NCBI GenBank assembly: GCA_904063045.1
Contig: CAJFCJ010000082.1
Span: 1 to 50,709 of the forward strand
Length of the DNA stretch: 50,709 nt
Source of the DNA: Dimorphilus gyrociliatus
Taxonomy: Eukaryota; Animalia; Annelida
Reading direction: 5' to 3'
Part shown: positions 47,519-50,709 of the stretch, piece by piece
Layout of the letters: every line of letters starts with the position of its first letter
Position numbering within the stretch: the stretch's first letter is position 1
The notes under the pieces: model-generated
The model's database searches: none
What the model saw: only the letters and a program-made list of their open reading frames with translations
Told to the model about the DNA's origin: nothing
Made by a program: the position numbers and the translations under genes

Positions 47519-50500
47519 CTGTGATAAAAAATCAATAAATCCTCATCATCTCTAGTGGATAGTATGATTTCCCTCACAATTGAGGCCAACAGTGAATTGT
47601 ACTCGAAATGAGACACTGTTGTTGAGATAAAATGGCAATATACCCTAATAACTTACTTCATTATCAATCTTAGCAATCAAATTGCTATTAGTCAAAAATT
47701 TTTGGTCAACAGGCTGAAGAGGAAAACTGTAAAGTGATTCTGAAAATAAAAAATAACATGAACTAGAGTCTGGGAGAAAATGGCCCATGTTTTCATTCTC
47801 TACCCTAACCCACAAACTACCCAGCTTCTTGCCCTTTATTCTTTCTAACCCTCAGCTCAGCCTTGAATGAACTTAAAAAGAGCTAAATTAAAATTTTCCC
47901 AACCTTGGAAATGTCCCAAAAATATTAAACTAAACTTTACTTGGTCTTTCTCTCCCTAACCAAAAAAAACTAACCCTGCTCTGTGAAAAAGTTCACAAAT
48001 GTTTTAGGACTTAATTCAATATCCTTATTATTCTCATTACTCTCAAGGCAATAGTAAAGAAAGTCATCACTCCACAATCGTTTTTCTTCAGATTCTGATT
48101 CTAAATAGAATTCCAAACTGGATCTAAAATTATTGATATTTGATATTTCTCTTTTAAACCTTAAAAAGCATTTTGCATCTGAAAATTATTGCATTAACTT
48201 TATATATTTGTTAAACATCAATTGTTTATTCATTTATTAAACTTACTGTTTTCAAATTTGTTAATTAAATCTTTAATGCTTGTTGTTATAGTATCCTGAA
48301 CAATGTCATTAGATTTTAATTCACAAAATAAACGAGTTTCAGAAATATTGTCTTTGAATTTTATCTTAAATCCACCATTTATTAATGAAACATTGCCTTT
48401 CTAAAATTATAATCTTTTTATTGAATAGTATGTTGTGTAATATATTTTTCATACCTGTTTTACTTCTAAATCTTTTCCTAGCTTGTAATAAATATATAAA
48501 TAATATTTATCTATTTCCTTTTCTAAATTTATATAATATGTCAGCCACACTTCATCACCTTTTTTCAACTTTTCCTCTATACCAGCATTGCAAAAGTGGT
48601 CAATTCTCATTTTAACTTTATTAAAAGAATATTCCAAAATGTTTACATTATCTGTTGTCTGAATTTTGTTCATAAAGTCAGTTTTGGAATTGTAATGCAA
48701 TATTGTGGTCATTTCCAGAGTTGGTTTATTATTTCCATGAAAGGTGACATTTTCAGGTTCACACAAAATAAAATTATGAAATAAAATTTCCTTTCCACTG
48801 TCATTCAAATTAACATTTTGTCTTATTGAAATGACTGTTATTTCATCAAAACTTTTCATTGGAAAAGACAATTTAGCATTGTCAATTTTTAAATCTATCT
48901 CTTTTCCAGTCCAGATCCAAGTGTCATATATTTTCTGATTATGTCTAAATCTGCTCTGTGGTTCAAATGAAAAATTCTCTTCATTCTTTCTTATACCATT
49001 GAGATTAAATTGTAGTGATATATTCAATTCATGATCAAGGTCTTCAACCAAGAAATTATCTTTAAAAACAAATCCTTTTAGTGTAAAGAATGTATTGAAT
49101 TTATTTTTGGATAAATTTAATTCTTTTCTTTTAATTATAAATTCAACTTCAGTATCTGGTTGTAAAGTTGGCTTTAACTTTTCCAAAAATATAATGTGTG
49201 ATGCAGAATTAATGCATTTAATATCTGATGTTATCAACAATTCAATTTGATTTACATTTTTGAAAGATTTTAATATTCTTAAACATAAGAAAAGAAAAGT
49301 TGGTTTATCTGATTGCTTTATAGGCCAATACCATTTTTTTGCGGTGTTTGCATATAAATCACTTGTTAACCTATCAGCTTCTATTAAGAAGTTACTACTT
49401 AAATCCCAATGAATGCCTAAATTATGTTTAAAGTATGGAATAGTTATCCAACCAATTTTTTTAGTATGTTTTAATGTGCTAAAAAACCTGACAGAAGTTT
49501 TCATTACTTCAATGCAAATGAAGCAATCTTTTGTTATAGCATTTTCTTTCAAAACCAAATTTAAACCAACAAAAGTTTTAATTATTCTATCACTCTTCCT
49601 TAAATGAAGATATATTATCATTGAAGAATTAGACCAAATTACAAGTGGGTAAGCTCCTGTTCCTAATTTGCAGACATTATCATCCATAAACACTTTTCTA
49701 TTAATGTCATTAAAATAATCAATTGCTGTAGAAATTAAAAAAAATGACAATCAAAATTTACTAAACTTTCATTGAGAATTATATATTATACATTTTTTAC
49801 TAATCAAACAAAATAAATGAAAAAAATCATAGATACCTTTAGAGTCAAAGTATTTATACATTTTGTAAAGTATATTAAAATCTTCACTTGGTTTTGGACA
49901 ATCTTTTGTTGACCTAACAAATGAGATTGATCTACAACAAAAATGTTGCTTCATTAAATTCTTTATAACAGCTTTCCTATTATCAAATTCATATGTATTG
50001 TTAATGTTAAGTTTCGTCACTAAAAACTGTAAATGGATATTATGTCCCAGATCAAAATGGTCATTACCATTAAATGAAAATTCAAACAACCAAATTGAAT
50101 TCTTTTTGAAAAATTCATTCATATTTTTGAATATTGAATTTACATCACACAATTCAAACTTATTCCCTTGGAGGTTCACTATCTCAAGATTAGGGTTGCT
50201 CTTCATTGCATCAATAACTAAAATTCCAACTTCATGACTGAATGAACATTGAGGGAAATATAAGACTCTTAATTTCAAACAATTTCTCTTAATACTCTGA
50301 AATATATCTTTGGCCATACGTGATCCAAAACTATTGAATCCTAGGTATAATTCTTCCAGATTTGAATTAAAACCAATAACTTGATCACTTGATGATTCGT
50401 TATCTTTAAAAGAACAGTTTGAAAAATTTAGTACTTTTAATGAAAGACAGTGATACTGAAGATTTATAAATAATAAATTCCCAACAGTGGAACCAAAACT

Positions 50501-50709
50501 ATTATTAGATAATGATAATTCTTCAATATATGAACTTTTTCGAATTGCATCACCAACAATATCACCAATACTTTCATCAAAACCACAATTTGATAAATTC
50601 AAAATTCTTAAATTAGAATAACTTTGAGAAATACTGTCAAAAATTCTTTGACCAACTTTTGAACCAAATTTATTGTCTTGTAAATATAATTCTTGAAGAT
50701 ATGAACTTT
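46754..50709 (-). CDS. LRR - ZU5/UPA (FIIND/PIDD-like) - caspase fusion protein, 5'-partial. Exons: >50709-49837, 49725-48455, 48400-48247, 48178-47975, 47739-47657, 47518-47137, 47085-46754
   Basis: All six introns are GT-AG and the splice phases match (1,0,1,1,0,1), giving about 1,098 codons without a stop up to TGA at 46754. RI-type LRRs (LQELYLQDNKFG, LEELYLGFNSFG); ZU5-like AKLSFPMKSF..ITVISI..FILCEPENVTF..IDHFC; caspase p20 ILAHG and KPKIFLTQCCRG; p10 DIF..STIPDRAAWRTDKGSIFI..QIP..KDYFFFP. Confidence 0.85.

Noticed and set aside
47521-47616. Extra exon between the DNE exon and the caspase p20 exon
   Set aside because: No donor/acceptor pair keeps the frame, whereas skipping it joins phase 0 to phase 0 cleanly.

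Overview
This is an AT-rich eukaryotic window with compact introns (mostly 40-70 nt) and TTAGGG-type motifs. By inference it comes from a compact-genome lophotrochozoan, probably an annelid; the Dimorphilus-like gene repertoire is an impression, not a search result. It reads as a fast-turnover immune/sensory receptor region interleaved with transposon debris. It contains a death-fold/NACHT/LRR NLR broken by a single in-frame TAA, an LRR-only NLR-like gene, two GRL101-type LGR receptors (the second disabled) and multi-CUB, MAM and discoidin/FAMeT ectodomain genes. It also contains a 3-exon secreted six-cysteine propeptide gene, three copies of one mariner family, several MULE remnants, and the 3' end of an LTR element carrying an env-like ORF. 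The standout is the minus-strand gene at 46754 to >50709. Seven hand-assembled exons join with matching splice phases into one open frame of >1,090 aa: RI-type LRRs, a ZU5 domain ending in HF-C, a UPA-like region, and a complete caspase (LAHG, QCCRG, AWR). It looks like an NLRP1/CARD8/PIDD-type sensor fused directly to its own caspase. All domain calls come from motif recognition by eye; no database searches were run.
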